A DNA stretch of 52,385 bases from NCBI GenBank assembly GCA_031364845.1, contig JANLWX010000115.1, forward strand, positions 1-52,385, written 5' to 3'. The translations under genes and the position numbers were made by a program. Of this stretch, positions 32,438-42,260 are shown one piece after another. The notes beneath the pieces were generated by a model, which did no database searches, was not told the DNA's origin, and worked only from the letters and a program-made list of their open reading frames with translations. The first letter of the stretch is position 1, and each line of letters begins with the position of its first letter. Source of the DNA: Candidatus Eiseniibacteriota bacterium (GTDB lineage Bacteria > Eisenbacteria > RBG-16-71-46).

Positions 32438-32800
32438 ATGTCAGCGCAAAGGATCGAGGACCCGAAACGGCGCCCGGCACCGCGCGCACGCACGGCACTC
32501 GCCGTGGCTCTCGCCGCCGATGTCCTGCAATGGGTGCTGGTTCCGCTGATGGCCGGCGGCATCGCCTCGCCGTTGAACGACGCGGTCGACGTCGCGGTGG
32601 CGATCACCATGATCGTGCTGGTCGGCTGGAACTGGGCGTTCCTGCCGACGTTTCTCGCCGAGCTGGTCCCGGTCGTGGATCTGGTGCCGACCTGGACGAT
32701 CGCGGTGTGGCTCGCAACGCGCGGGCGGAAACCCGAAGCCGGCGACACGCCGGGGCCCGGGATCGAACGCGAACCCAGCAGCGCGGAGATCGTCGAGTGA
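32438..32800 (+). CDS. Hypothetical membrane protein
   Basis: AGGAGG RBS before ATG 32438. Hydrophobic segments and LPTFLAELVPVVDLVPTWT. Confidence 0.7.
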   Translation: MSAQRIEDPKRRPAPRARTALAVALAADVLQWVLVPLMAGGIASPLNDAVDVAVAITMIVLVGWNWAFLPTFLAELVPVVDLVPTWTIAVWLATRGRKPEAGDTPGPGIEREPSSAEIVE

Positions 32801-32815
32801 GCGTGCGGTTCGGCG

Positions 32816-33061
32816 CTATCGGCCGGGTTCGCGGCTGACGATCGCTTCCGTATAGTCCTCGAAGCGATCGCCACGCCGGGCCGACAACTCACCCGCGATG
32901 TCGATCACGAGCTGGCACACCGTGAGAAGCGAGAACAGGACGTCGTTGTGAAGAGAGATGTCGCGTTCGAGTGATTCGCGGCCGGCGACGCGCGAACGAA
33001 GCTCCCCGAGATGTTCCAGGTGGCGGCGAAGTTCAGCCAGTCTCTCGACGAGCCAGGTCAT
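32816..33061 (-). pseudogene. Truncated HEPN/DUF86 (HepT-like) toxin
   Basis: Typical N-half (LAELRRHLEHL...CQLVIDIA...FEDYTEA) but it ends at 81 aa with no Rx4H motif. ATGA overlap with the upstream MNT gene. Confidence 0.72.
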
Positions 33062-33486
33062 GTTGGGCGTATTGCGCGGAGCTTGATCGCGCGCATGCGT
33101 CGCAAGAACGGTTCGATGTCTGCGGCCCTAAGCTGCGCGTCGCGCACCAAGGCGTGATCGGCCTCGGGATCGGAGCAGTGAATGCGTCTCCCGCGAGTGA
33201 CCACGTGCCGGGCCAACTGCGGGGGTGCGTCGTTCAGAATCACGACATCGACCATCCGCCCTTTCAGCCCTCGTTCGAAGTCCGAGATGAGTGCGAGACG
33301 CTTCTCGAAGCGATCGCGGGTCGAAGGAAACAGGCTCCGGTCCAGCAGAACCCCCACATCCACGTCGCTCTCCCGATGACTACGCCCCTCGGCTTCGCTG
33401 CCAAACAGATATGCGGAAGCAATCCCGGAAATCGAACCGCTCCCGATCCGCTCGACGATGATCGACGCTGCGTCTGAATTAGGCAT
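33058..33486 (-). CDS. Minimal nucleotidyltransferase (MntA-like antitoxin)
   Basis: AYLFGSEAEG.SHRESDVDVGV (GS-x10-DxD), VDVVILNDAPP. Start reassigned to ATG 33486. Confidence 0.88.
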   Translation of the reverse strand: MPNSDAASIIVERIGSGSISGIASAYLFGSEAEGRSHRESDVDVGVLLDRSLFPSTRDRFEKRLALISDFERGLKGRMVDVVILNDAPPQLARHVVTRGRRIHCSDPEADHALVRDAQLRAADIEPFLRRMRAIKLRAIRPT

Positions 33487-33590
33487 GCGCGAACTGTGGC
33501 GTGAACGCCCGATCAACCGCCAATGAACATATGCTGCTCGTGAGCGGGCGCTTCGAGAGAAGTCCGGACCTATCTCGGCTATTCTCGGCG

Positions 33591-34742
33591 ATGATGCCCC
33601 GTGACCCCGCTTTCATCCATGAATGTCAGGCGCTGACGAGAGCTCTCGCGACACATCCGACGATCGCGGCACTGCGCGCGAGTGCCGGCTGGCCGGAACT
33701 CTCCACGCGACTCGAAGCGGTGCTCGGCGCCGTGCGAGTGCACGAACCGACGGCCGCACCGCACGCGAGCACGCGACCGCGCGGCGTGCGCGCTGTGCAC
33801 TGGAACATCGAGCACGGCAATCGCTACGCGCAGATCGAAGAGGCGCTGACCGGCCATCGGGAACTCGTCGACGCCGACGTCTATCTGCTCAACGAAGTCG
33901 ATCTCGGCATGGCGCGCTCGGGAAATCGCGACGTGGCGGCGGATCTCGCGCAATCGCTCGGACGTCACGCGGTGTGGGCGCCGCTGCTGCTCGAAACCAC
34001 GCGCGGGCGCGACGACGATCTCATCGAGGACTCAGGTGCGGAGAATGCGGAGGCCCTGTTCGGGCTCGCGATCCTGTCGCGCTGGCCGTTGCGCGATGCG
34101 CGCATCGTTCCGCTTCCGAGTCCCGAGCGCTCGCAGTTCGATCTCGAGCGCATGTATGGCCGGCACATCGCGCTGGTCGTAACGGTCGAACGGCCGGAAG
34201 ATCCGTTCGTCGCGGTCGCGGCGCATCTCGAGGTGCATCGCACGCGCGCGCACCGCGCCGCTCAGATACGTGTCGTGATGGCAGCGCTCGAAGCCGAACA
34301 ACGTCCGGTGCTGCTCGCCGGCGACTTCAATACCCATACGTTCGATCGCGGGCTACCGTGGAGCGTGCTCGCTGGCGCCGGCGGCCTCATGCTGACACCC
34401 GGGCCGGCCCTGCGCCGACGGCTGCGATTTCCCGACCGTGGGCCCGCGCGCGAACCGCTGTTCGATGAGCTTCACGCCGCGGGCTTCGAGTGGGATCGAT
34501 GGATCGACCGCACGCCGACGCTGCAGATGCGCTTCGAGCGGATCGAAGAGGCGCGGCGGCTTCCCGCAGTGATCTCGGGCGCGTTCGACCGCGCGCTGGC
34601 GTGGGCCCAGAGCCGGGCCGCGCTGCGGCTCGACTGGTTCGCCGGACGCGGTTGGAAATCGGCCAGCGGGTTCACGGTGACGGGCCTCGATGGTCCAGGC
34701 CGGGCCTCGGATCACGCGCCGATCGTCGCCGAGATCGAGTAG
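33591..34742 (+). CDS. Endonuclease/exonuclease/phosphatase (EEP) family protein
   Basis: HWNIEHG, LNEVD, GLAILSRWP, HLE, AGDFNT, LDWF, SDHAPI. TATTCT lies 5 nt before ATG 33591. Start uncertain (33531 possible). Confidence 0.88.
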   Translation: MMPRDPAFIHECQALTRALATHPTIAALRASAGWPELSTRLEAVLGAVRVHEPTAAPHASTRPRGVRAVHWNIEHGNRYAQIEEALTGHRELVDADVYLLNEVDLGMARSGNRDVAADLAQSLGRHAVWAPLLLETTRGRDDDLIEDSGAENAEALFGLAILSRWPLRDARIVPLPSPERSQFDLERMYGRHIALVVTVERPEDPFVAVAAHLEVHRTRAHRAAQIRVVMAALEAEQRPVLLAGDFNTHTFDRGLPWSVLAGAGGLMLTPGPALRRRLRFPDRGPAREPLFDELHAAGFEWDRWIDRTPTLQMRFERIEEARRLPAVISGAFDRALAWAQSRAALRLDWFAGRGWKSASGFTVTGLDGPGRASDHAPIVAEIE

Positions 34743-34874
34743 TTCAGGGTGGTCGCACCCGCATCGGCGGCCTCGGCCGAAGCCGCCCGCACCGCATGCG
34801 GCCTGTCACGCCGATCTCCCGGTTGCGGTACTATCCTCGACCGCTCGTCCTTCGCGTCCCCATCGAGGAATTCC

Positions 34875-36107
34875 ATGCCCGCCCCCGCCCGCAACACGCT
34901 CGCGATCATCGGTGCCGGCCCCGTCGGCCTCGAAGCCGCATCCGCCGCACTCGATACCGGCTTCGACGTTCATGTATTCGAACGAGGTGAGGTCGGCGCG
35001 CACGCGATCGCCTGGGGGCATCTCACGATGTTCACGCCGTGGCGGATGAACCTCGGACCCAGCTCCGCGGCACGGCTCGCGCTGTCGGGATGGACGCGCC
35101 CCGATCCCGAGACAGGTCCGACCGGCAACGAGCTGGCCGAGCACTATCTCCAACCGCTCGCCCGGTTGCCGGAGTTGCGCGAGCGCGTCCACACGCATGC
35201 GCAGGTCGTGTTCGTGAGCCGCTCGGGTACGCTCAAGGGCGACGGTGTGGGATCGGCGTCGCGCCGCGATCATCCGTTCCGCCTGCTGGTGCGCGAAGCG
35301 GGCGGGCGCGAGAACTTCCTGCATGCATTTCATGTGATCGATGCTTCCGGAGTCTATGGCCAGCCGAACTGGGCGGGCGACGGCGGGATTCCCGCGCGCG
35401 GCGAGCTGTATCTGATGCCGCAACTCAGCTATCACGCCGACGACGTACTCGGCCTGCGCCGCGAGCACTAAGCCGGCAAGCGCACGCTGGTGATCGGTTC
35501 GGGCTCGACCGCCGCAACGATGGTGAGCCAGCTCGCGGAGCTCGCCGACACCGCACCCGGCACGAGCGTCGTGTGGGCGAGCCGCTCGGCCGCCGAGGCG
35601 CTCTACGCGCTCGCCGATGATCCGCTGCCGGTGCGCCGCGCGCTTCACGAACGCGCGCGCGCGCTCGCGGGCGGAGCGCATGCGGCCGTGACGCACGTGG
35701 GTGGCGTTCTGGTGGAGGGTTTCGAGTTCAACTCGGCGACCCATCGCTATCGCGCGATCCTCGTGAGCGACGGCACGCCGCGCATCGAAGAGGTCGATCA
35801 GATCATCGTCGCGACCGGATTCGGACCCGACAACTCGATCTATCGCGAGCTTCAGGTACACGAATGCTACGCTTCGCGCGGTCCGATGAAGCTGTCGTCG
35901 GCGTTGATGGGTGCGAATGCGACGGACTGCATGACCACACCCGCGTTCGATTCGAGCGTGCTCGCGAACCCCGAGCCGGACTTCTGGATTCTCGGCAACA
36001 AGTCGTATGGACGCAGTCCGAACTTCCTGCTGGAGACAGGGTATCGACAGGTGGCGGACGTCGTGGCGCAGATGGCCGAGCAGATCGGACAGTCGGTGAA
36101 GGCGTAG
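34875..36107 (+). pseudogene. FAD/NAD(P)-dependent oxidoreductase (flavoprotein monooxygenase-like) with one in-frame TAA
   Basis: GAGGA RBS, IIGAGPVG, DASG, then REH-TAA(35469-35471)-AGKRTLVIGSGSTA...ATGF...GNKSYGRSPNFLL, all in one frame. Confidence 0.8.
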
Positions 36108-36196
36108 TACCGCGTTCGTGCGGCGGCCGCGATCGACACGCGCATGCATGAAGTGCTTCGGAGGCGTCGCGACATGAACGGCGTTCGAGGACGCGC

Positions 36197-36874
36197 ATGA
36201 AATTCCCGATGGGGCGCGCACGCACATTCGCGCGCATCGTCCGCGTGTTGGCGAGCGCCATCCTGTTGCTCGCGGGACTGCCGGCATGCTCCGAAAAGCC
36301 GACCGATCCCATCCTGCGTTCGATCGCGGGCAACGTGGTCCTGCGCGGCTACTTCATCGACGTGAACGGCAGGCCCGCGGGCACACGCGTGATCGGCGAT
36401 GCCGACGGGGTTAAGGTCGACCTCGTCCGCTCCGGACGGATCATCGCGAGCACGACCACGGTCGACGGCAGCTATCTGTTCACCGGGCTTCCAACCGGTG
36501 TCTACAACGCGCTCACGGTCAACCTCGGCGGGATCCACGACACGACCGCAGCGCTGACGATCGCCGTACGCAGCGTCGCGGTCGCAGACACGTTGCGCAT
36601 GTACTCGCGCGGCGACCTCTATCCGGTTCCGAATCCGTTCGTGGATTCGACGGTCGTCTACCTCGAGGTGCCGGATACCGTGTTCGTCACGATCACGATC
36701 CGTGATCTCGCAGGACGCGTCGTCCGGTCGGTCGCCGCCGCGGAGATGGAGCCCGGCCTGCGGAGCGTGACCTGGGACGGCCGCGATGACGACGGCGCGA
36801 TCGCGCCCGGAACGATCCACTGGATGGTGTACGAGTCGGGGGACGATCTGCGCGCGCACCTGTTGTTCCGGTGA
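36197..36874 (+). CDS. Putative lipoprotein with Cna/carboxypeptidase-regulatory-like domain and FlgD-Ig domain
   Basis: Lipobox-like LAGLPAC, DGSYLFTGL, PNPF...I.DLAGRVVR...WDGRDDDG. Confidence 0.72.
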   Translation: MKFPMGRARTFARIVRVLASAILLLAGLPACSEKPTDPILRSIAGNVVLRGYFIDVNGRPAGTRVIGDADGVKVDLVRSGRIIASTTTVDGSYLFTGLPTGVYNALTVNLGGIHDTTAALTIAVRSVAVADTLRMYSRGDLYPVPNPFVDSTVVYLEVPDTVFVTITIRDLAGRVVRSVAAAEMEPGLRSVTWDGRDDDGAIAPGTIHWMVYESGDDLRAHLLFR

Positions 36875-38970
36875 GCGCTCGCGACGCTTCGATGAAGAGC
36901 GGCTCCGCGAAACGGTCCGCTCGCGCGGTCGCGCGCACCGGGGACGCAGCCGCCGATCCCGCGAGCGCATCGGCGCCGCGCGCCCCCTTCGCCCTCGCCA
37001 TCGCGCTCGCCACGCTACACGCCGCGATCTACTCGTGGATCTGCATCGAGAAGTACCGCTACTACCTCTACGACGACTTCGATTTCGCGATCTTCGCGCA
37101 CGCGATGGAGCGGATGCTCGCGGGTTCGCTCTACAACTCGGTGCGCGGCATGATGTGGCTCGGCGACCACTCGTCGCTGGTGCTGTTCCTGATCGCTCCG
37201 ATCTATGCCGTGTTCCATCATCCGATCACACTGCTGGTCGTGCAGAGCGCCGCCCTCGGGTTCGGGGCGATCCCGGTGTTCGCGCTCGCGCGGCGCGAAC
37301 TCCGCAACGATTGGGCCGCCCTCGGCTGCGCATCGCTATACCTGCTCCATCCGGCGATCGGCTTCACCAACCTGTTCGAGTTCCATCCCGAGACGCTCGC
37401 GACACCGGCGCTGTTGTGCGTGTTCTACGGCATCGTCGCGCGCCGCCGCCTGCTCACGGTGGTCGCCGCGCTGATCGCACTCTCGTGCCGCGAAGAAGTC
37501 GCGCTGGTCGTGCTGCCGATGGCGCTGTGGGCGTTGCGCCGTCACGGGCGCAGTGCGTCGGCGGATGCGGGGCTGCTCGCGGGGCTCGCCGTGGTCTCGC
37601 TGTCGGTTTCGTTCGCGTGGCTCAAACCCGCGTTCAATGCCGGTGAAGCCGGCTACGGCGACATGTACCGCCAATGGGGCGGCACCACCGGCGAAATGCT
37701 GAAGCACGCCGCGCGCGATCCGCTCGGAATGCTGTCGGCGCTGTTCGCGACACCGGGCGACACCGTGGACACGGCACTCAAGCAGCACTACTACATTTAC
37801 ATGCTGGCGCCGCTCGCGTTCCTGCCGCTGCTGAGTCCGCTCACGTGCCTGATCGCGCTGCCGATCCTCGCCGCCCACATGCTGTCGTGGCGACAGCAGC
37901 AGCACACAATCATGTATCAATACACGGCACTCATCACGCCCGTCCTGGTGGCGGCGGCAATCATGGGATTGCGAGGTCTGCGCCATCGTCTCGCCTACCG
38001 ACGTGAACCGGCGCGTCCCGCGCGCGTTGCGGGCGTTCCGTGGGTCACGGTTGTCGTCGTGCTCGCGGTTGCCGGCGCACTCGTCTGCAATTCGCGATTC
38101 GGTCCACTGATCGGCGGCCGGCGCGTCGCGGATGCGAGGCCTCCGCAGCGCCTGTGGCCCGATGCCGACGACCACCTGTGGAAACCGGTTCGCGACGGCA
38201 TGGTCACCGCATTGCCGCGCGAAGGCGGGCTCGTCACAGGCTTCGAGTTCCTCTCGCACGTCGCGAGCCGTCGCGATCTCCACTCGGCGCATCACGTGCT
38301 CCAGGGCACCTACACGTTTTCGACCCGCGAATATCCGGTGCCCGACTCGATCACCGCACTGCTCATGGATCCGGTGGAAAGCAGGCTGCGCGCGTATGTC
38401 GAGCCGGCCGCCGCGGGTCGTCTGCGCGAACTCGCCGTGAAGAACCAGCTCACGTTCGCGGCGACGGCGGGCGATCTCATGCTGCTCACGCGATCGGGCT
38501 CGGACTCACTGCGGCCGATGCGGGTCGACGATGTTCCGCCCGAAGTTTCGGCGGCGGTCGTGTTCGACGGCGTGCTTCAGTTCCTCGGCGCAGATCGTGT
38601 CGTCGGCCGCGGCGCCGCGGGTGACCGCGTGCCGCTGCGCACGGCGTGGCGCCGGCTGGGCGCGACGAACCGTTCCTACATGCTCGTGTTCGCGCTGATC
38701 GACTCCAGGGGACAGGCGGTCCATCGCTACATCCGCAATCTCGGCTACGTGCTTCACGGCACCGAAACATGGCCCGAAGCGATCCCGGTCACCGAGCGCT
38801 ACGCGATGCGCGTTCCGGCCTCAGTTCCGGCGGGCACGTACACGCTCGTGATGACGGTTGCGTGGACGCAAGGATCGCAGAGCGGCTACGCGGAGCCCGA
38901 CGTTGCCGAAGTGCGCGAGGCGGGCGGGTTCCTGAGGCTCGGCGATCTGGAAGTGCTCGCGACGCGATGA
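36871..38970 (+). CDS. DUF2079-like GT-C membrane protein with C-terminal soluble domain
   Basis: DFAIF, LGDHSS, P.TLLVVQS, FEFHPE, REE, QY motifs and many TM helices. GTGA overlap with the upstream gene. Confidence 0.78.
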   Translation: MSARDASMKSGSAKRSARAVARTGDAAADPASASAPRAPFALAIALATLHAAIYSWICIEKYRYYLYDDFDFAIFAHAMERMLAGSLYNSVRGMMWLGDHSSLVLFLIAPIYAVFHHPITLLVVQSAALGFGAIPVFALARRELRNDWAALGCASLYLLHPAIGFTNLFEFHPETLATPALLCVFYGIVARRRLLTVVAALIALSCREEVALVVLPMALWALRRHGRSASADAGLLAGLAVVSLSVSFAWLKPAFNAGEAGYGDMYRQWGGTTGEMLKHAARDPLGMLSALFATPGDTVDTALKQHYYIYMLAPLAFLPLLSPLTCLIALPILAAHMLSWRQQQHTIMYQYTALITPVLVAAAIMGLRGLRHRLAYRREPARPARVAGVPWVTVVVVLAVAGALVCNSRFGPLIGGRRVADARPPQRLWPDADDHLWKPVRDGMVTALPREGGLVTGFEFLSHVASRRDLHSAHHVLQGTYTFSTREYPVPDSITALLMDPVESRLRAYVEPAAAGRLRELAVKNQLTFAATAGDLMLLTRSGSDSLRPMRVDDVPPEVSAAVVFDGVLQFLGADRVVGRGAAGDRVPLRTAWRRLGATNRSYMLVFALIDSRGQAVHRYIRNLGYVLHGTETWPEAIPVTERYAMRVPASVPAGTYTLVMTVAWTQGSQSGYAEPDVAEVREAGGFLRLGDLEVLATR

Positions 38971-38991
38971 CGCGCCGGCGAACGCCTGCGA

Positions 38992-39927
38992 TCAGCCCTT
39001 CGCCGGTTCGTCCTTGTCCCCGGCGCTGATGCGCTTCAACTCTTCGTACGCTTCCCGCTCCTTCGCGCTCATCACTTCGGGCACGACGATGCGAGCCAGC
39101 GCGTACAGATCGCCCGCAGCGCCCTCTCGCTGCGGCAACCCGCGGCCGCGCAATCGCAGCCTCTGTCCACTCTGGGTTCCCGGCGGCACTTTGAGCGACA
39201 CCGGGCCGTCGGGAGTCTCCAACCTCACGGAAGCGCCGAGTGCGGCCTGCCATGGCTGCAGTACCAGATCGGTTTCGAGATCGTCGTCCATCACGCGGTA
39301 ACGCGGATCCGGCACGAGACGCAGACGCAGGAACAGATCGCCCGGCGGACCGCCGCCGTCGCCTTGTTGTCCCTGGCCCGCCAGTCGCAGCACGCTTCCA
39401 TCGCGAACGCCGCGCGGGATCTCGACATCCACGTTGCGTCCGCCGTCGATCGTGATGCGCCGCTTGCCGCCACGCAGAAGCAGATCGAACGGCACCGGCA
39501 GCTCGGCTTCGATGTCGGCACCCGGAATTACGAACCGCATGCCTTCGCGGCCCGCGCCGCGACGCGAACGCCCGGCACCCGCGCGGCCGAAGATGGACTC
39601 GAAGAAATCGCTGAAGTCGCCGGCATCGCCCCATTGCGACGGATCGATCGTGCCGCGGCCGGTCCCGGGAGGCGGTGTGAAGTCCGCGCCATTCTTCCAG
39701 CCCGGCCCAAGCGCGTCGTACTGCCTTCGCTTCTCGGGATCGCTCAGGACTTCGTACGCCTCGTTGATCTCTTTGAACGCCTCGCCCGCCTTCTCGCGCT
39801 CGGCTGGGGGCTTGAGATCGGGGTGATGCTTGCGCGCCATGCTGCGAAACGCCTTCTTGATGTCGTCGGCCGTCGCGCGGCGCGGCACGCCCAGGACTTC
39901 GTAGTAGTCGCGAAACTTCACCGCCAT
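38992..39927 (-). CDS. cbpA: DnaJ class B chaperone, CbpA-like
   Basis: J domain DYYEVLGV...HPD...[29 protein letters not shown]-terminal DnaJ domain, no zinc finger. Confidence 0.85.
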   Translation of the reverse strand: MAVKFRDYYEVLGVPRRATADDIKKAFRSMARKHHPDLKPPAEREKAGEAFKEINEAYEVLSDPEKRRQYDALGPGWKNGADFTPPPGTGRGTIDPSQWGDAGDFSDFFESIFGRAGAGRSRRGAGREGMRFVIPGADIEAELPVPFDLLLRGGKRRITIDGGRNVDVEIPRGVRDGSVLRLAGQGQQGDGGGPPGDLFLRLRLVPDPRYRVMDDDLETDLVLQPWQAALGASVRLETPDGPVSLKVPPGTQSGQRLRLRGRGLPQREGAAGDLYALARIVVPEVMSAKEREAYEELKRISAGDKDEPAKG

Positions 39928-40108
39928 ATGCGAACGCCCATCGATTCAGTGCCTGTGGTTTCGGTGCGATTCATGGATCACCCGCCGTTTCGTGAAACTC
40001 CCGACTGTGATCGGCAGCCTGCGCAACGAAGCTACCAGTTTCCGCGATGAGAAATCGCCCTGAAGCGGGCTCCCCTCCCCGCCGATAACCCGCAATCAGG
40101 AGGACACC

Positions 40109-40291
40109 ATGGAAATCTTCTCGTTGCTCGAGGTTCTCGGCGGTGCCGTGATGGTGTATTGCGGAGCGATCTTTCTGTTGTCGGCAGGCTTGTTCTTCTT
40201 CGACCGCAGCCCGGCCCGGAAGGAATCGATGCAGCCCGTGCGCTTGAACAACGCGCGCGACGAAGACCACGAAGACCGCCGCGCCGCCTGA
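40109..40291 (+). CDS. Small single-pass membrane protein (60 aa)
   Basis: Strong AGGAGGA RBS, hydrophobic N-half with a charged tail, fills an otherwise empty gap, followed by a hairpin. Confidence 0.55.
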   Translation: MEIFSLLEVLGGAVMVYCGAIFLLSAGLFFFDRSPARKESMQPVRLNNARDEDHEDRRAA

Positions 40292-40307
40292 TTCACGGGA
40301 TTCGACA

Positions 40308-40330
40308 GCGCCGGCCTCCTCGGCCGGCGC
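40308..40330. terminator. Hairpin between convergent genes
   Basis: GCGCCGGCC-tcctc-GGCCGGCGC perfect 9-bp stem, no clear U tract. Confidence 0.45.
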
Positions 40331-40355
40331 ACTCTCCCGCTCCTGCAGCGCGCAG

Positions 40356-41024
40356 TCAGTTCCGGGTCGCGAGCCATAACACGTGCCGGCCGCCGCGTGT
40401 GCGCCGCGCTCGGACGACGTGCTCTTCGACTTCGAATCCCGCCACCGAGAGCCGGCTGACGAACGCTCGATCGGGAGCGACTGACCACACCCCCAGCACG
40501 CCACCGCGACGCAGCGCGCAGAACGCCGCGGCGAGACCCGCCCCGGAGTAGAGCCCGTCGTTCGATTTGCGCGTGAGTCCGTTCGGTCCGTTGTCCACAT
40601 CGAGCAGGATCGCGTCGAAGGGGTGCGGTGTGCGGATCATTTCGGCGACATCGCCGGTGTGAACCGTGACGCGCGGATCCTCGAGTGGCCGTTGCGCGAG
40701 GTGCGCCAGCGGTCCGCGATTCCATTCGATCACCGCGGGCACCAGCTCGGCGACGACGACGCGGGCCGTCGCGGGAAGGTGCGCCAGCGCCACGCCGAGC
40801 GTGAAGCCCATTCCGAGGCCGCCGATCAGCACGCGCGCCGATGTGCGGTCAGAGATGCGTTCGCACGCCAGTTCCGCGAGCGCCTCCTCGGAACCGTGCG
40901 CCTCGCTGCTCATCAGCGCATGCGGTCCCGTGCGGATCACGAACTCGTGGCCGCGCTGGAAGAGCACCAGCGGTGCGGCGGTTCCAGGTACGGTCGCGCG
41001 CCCCAGCTCCTGCCACGGAATCAT
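40356..41024 (-). CDS. Spermidine-synthase-like SAM-binding protein
   Basis: LMSS..HGSEEALA, VLIGGLGMGFTL, AELVP.VI.WN, FDAILLDVDNGP. Confidence 0.85.
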   Translation of the reverse strand: MIPWQELGRATVPGTAAPLVLFQRGHEFVIRTGPHALMSSEAHGSEEALAELACERISDRTSARVLIGGLGMGFTLGVALAHLPATARVVVAELVPAVIEWNRGPLAHLAQRPLEDPRVTVHTGDVAEMIRTPHPFDAILLDVDNGPNGLTRKSNDGLYSGAGLAAAFCALRRGGVLGVWSVAPDRAFVSRLSVAGFEVEEHVVRARRTRGGRHVLWLATRN

Positions 41025-41245
41025 GCGCTCGAAGTGTCCATGCCCGGCAATCTACCGCACGCAACTTCAGGGCGCCGAACCCGGATGGTGACGAGCGATG
41101 GAGAATCGGCCCACCGCCGCGGCAACAGAACGCCTCCTAACGACATCGAATGCTCGAAACGGCCTGCGATCGGCGGTACGGTGTGTTCGCTGGCCAACGT
41201 CACTGCCGGACGCCTCTCCGCCTTTCCATCAGAAGGAGACTCTCC

Positions 41246-42031
41246 ATGCCGACTTTCACGCAGCACGCCGTAGGCACGTTCTGTTGGCCCGAGTGCGCCA
41301 CCACCGATGCCCAAGGCTCCAAGCGCTTCTACTCCGACCTGCTGGGCTGGACCTGGAAGGAAAGCCCGATGGGACCCGATGGGATCTATTACATCGCTCT
41401 GCTGGACGGTCGCAGCGTCGGCGCGATGTTCCAGCTCGACGAAGGGATGAAGAAGATGGCCGTGCCGCCGAACTGGGGTTCGTATGTGACGGTCACGAAC
41501 GTCGACGAATCGATCGCGAAGGCCAAGTCGCTCGGCGGCGAACTGATGATGGGACCGCAGGACGTGAACGACCTCGGCCGCATGGCCGTGCTGCGCGATC
41601 CGATCGGCGCCACGATCAATTTGTGGCAGCCCGGAACGATGCATGGCGCCGACATGCTCCATGAACCCGGATCGCTCGGCTGGACCCAGTTGAACGCGAC
41701 CGATCCCGCGAAGGCGAAGCCGTTCTACACCGGACTGTTCGGCTGGAAGGCCGAGGACATGCAAAGCCCCGGCGACGGGTCGACCTACACGACGTGGAAA
41801 GTCGGCAGCGAAGGTGCAGGCGGAATGATGCCGATGCCTCCCGGCACCGGGGCGCCGTCACACTGGCTCGTGTACTGGTCGGTTGCGGACACGAACGCCG
41901 CACACAAGAAGGCGGAGTCGCTCGGAGCGAAGACCTTCGTGCCGCCGACCGATGTCCCGGGCATGGTCCGCTTCACGGTGATGCAGGACCCGCAGGGCGT
42001 GATCTTCGCGCTGATGACGCCGCTGGTGTAG
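41246..42031 (+). CDS. VOC/glyoxalase family two-domain protein (CFP32-like)
   Basis: AAGGAG RBS. GTFCW.E..TTD...FY..L.GW, W..YV.V..VD, GRMAVLRDP.GA, repeated twice. Confidence 0.9.
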   Translation: MPTFTQHAVGTFCWPECATTDAQGSKRFYSDLLGWTWKESPMGPDGIYYIALLDGRSVGAMFQLDEGMKKMAVPPNWGSYVTVTNVDESIAKAKSLGGELMMGPQDVNDLGRMAVLRDPIGATINLWQPGTMHGADMLHEPGSLGWTQLNATDPAKAKPFYTGLFGWKAEDMQSPGDGSTYTTWKVGSEGAGGMMPMPPGTGAPSHWLVYWSVADTNAAHKKAESLGAKTFVPPTDVPGMVRFTVMQDPQGVIFALMTPLV

Positions 42032-42061
42032 AGCACGACTGAACGGCAGGACACCGATATG

Positions 42062-42101
42062 AGCGGCGCGTCGGCTCTCGGGCCGATGCGCCGCTTTTTT
42101 T
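42062..42101 (+). terminator. Intrinsic terminator
   Basis: AGCGGCGCGTCGGCT-ctcg-GGCCGATGCGCCGCT stem followed by a T run. Confidence 0.85.
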
Positions 42102-42260
42102 CCTGCGGGACCGGACGGATTGTCTTGATGGCACCCTAGCCCCCTCCTACACTCGCTAAGCGCCGCATCGTTCCGGGCCTCTCCGGCGTGAGGCGCAGCC
42201 GCGGTTTCAGGGGCGACCCGCGGCCTGAGCCGCGCTCCGCCCCGAACGATTGCAGGCAAG

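Noticed and set aside
21034..35471. Genetic-code reassignment or programmed readthrough suggested by two in-frame stops
   Set aside because: The stops differ (TAG and TAA), both codons end normal genes here, the HNH gene is also truncated, and no Pyl/Sec machinery is in view.
40258..40280. ACGAAGACC duplication resembling the left-edge tandem repeat
   Set aside because: Short match explained by the coding sequence DEDHED; likely chance.
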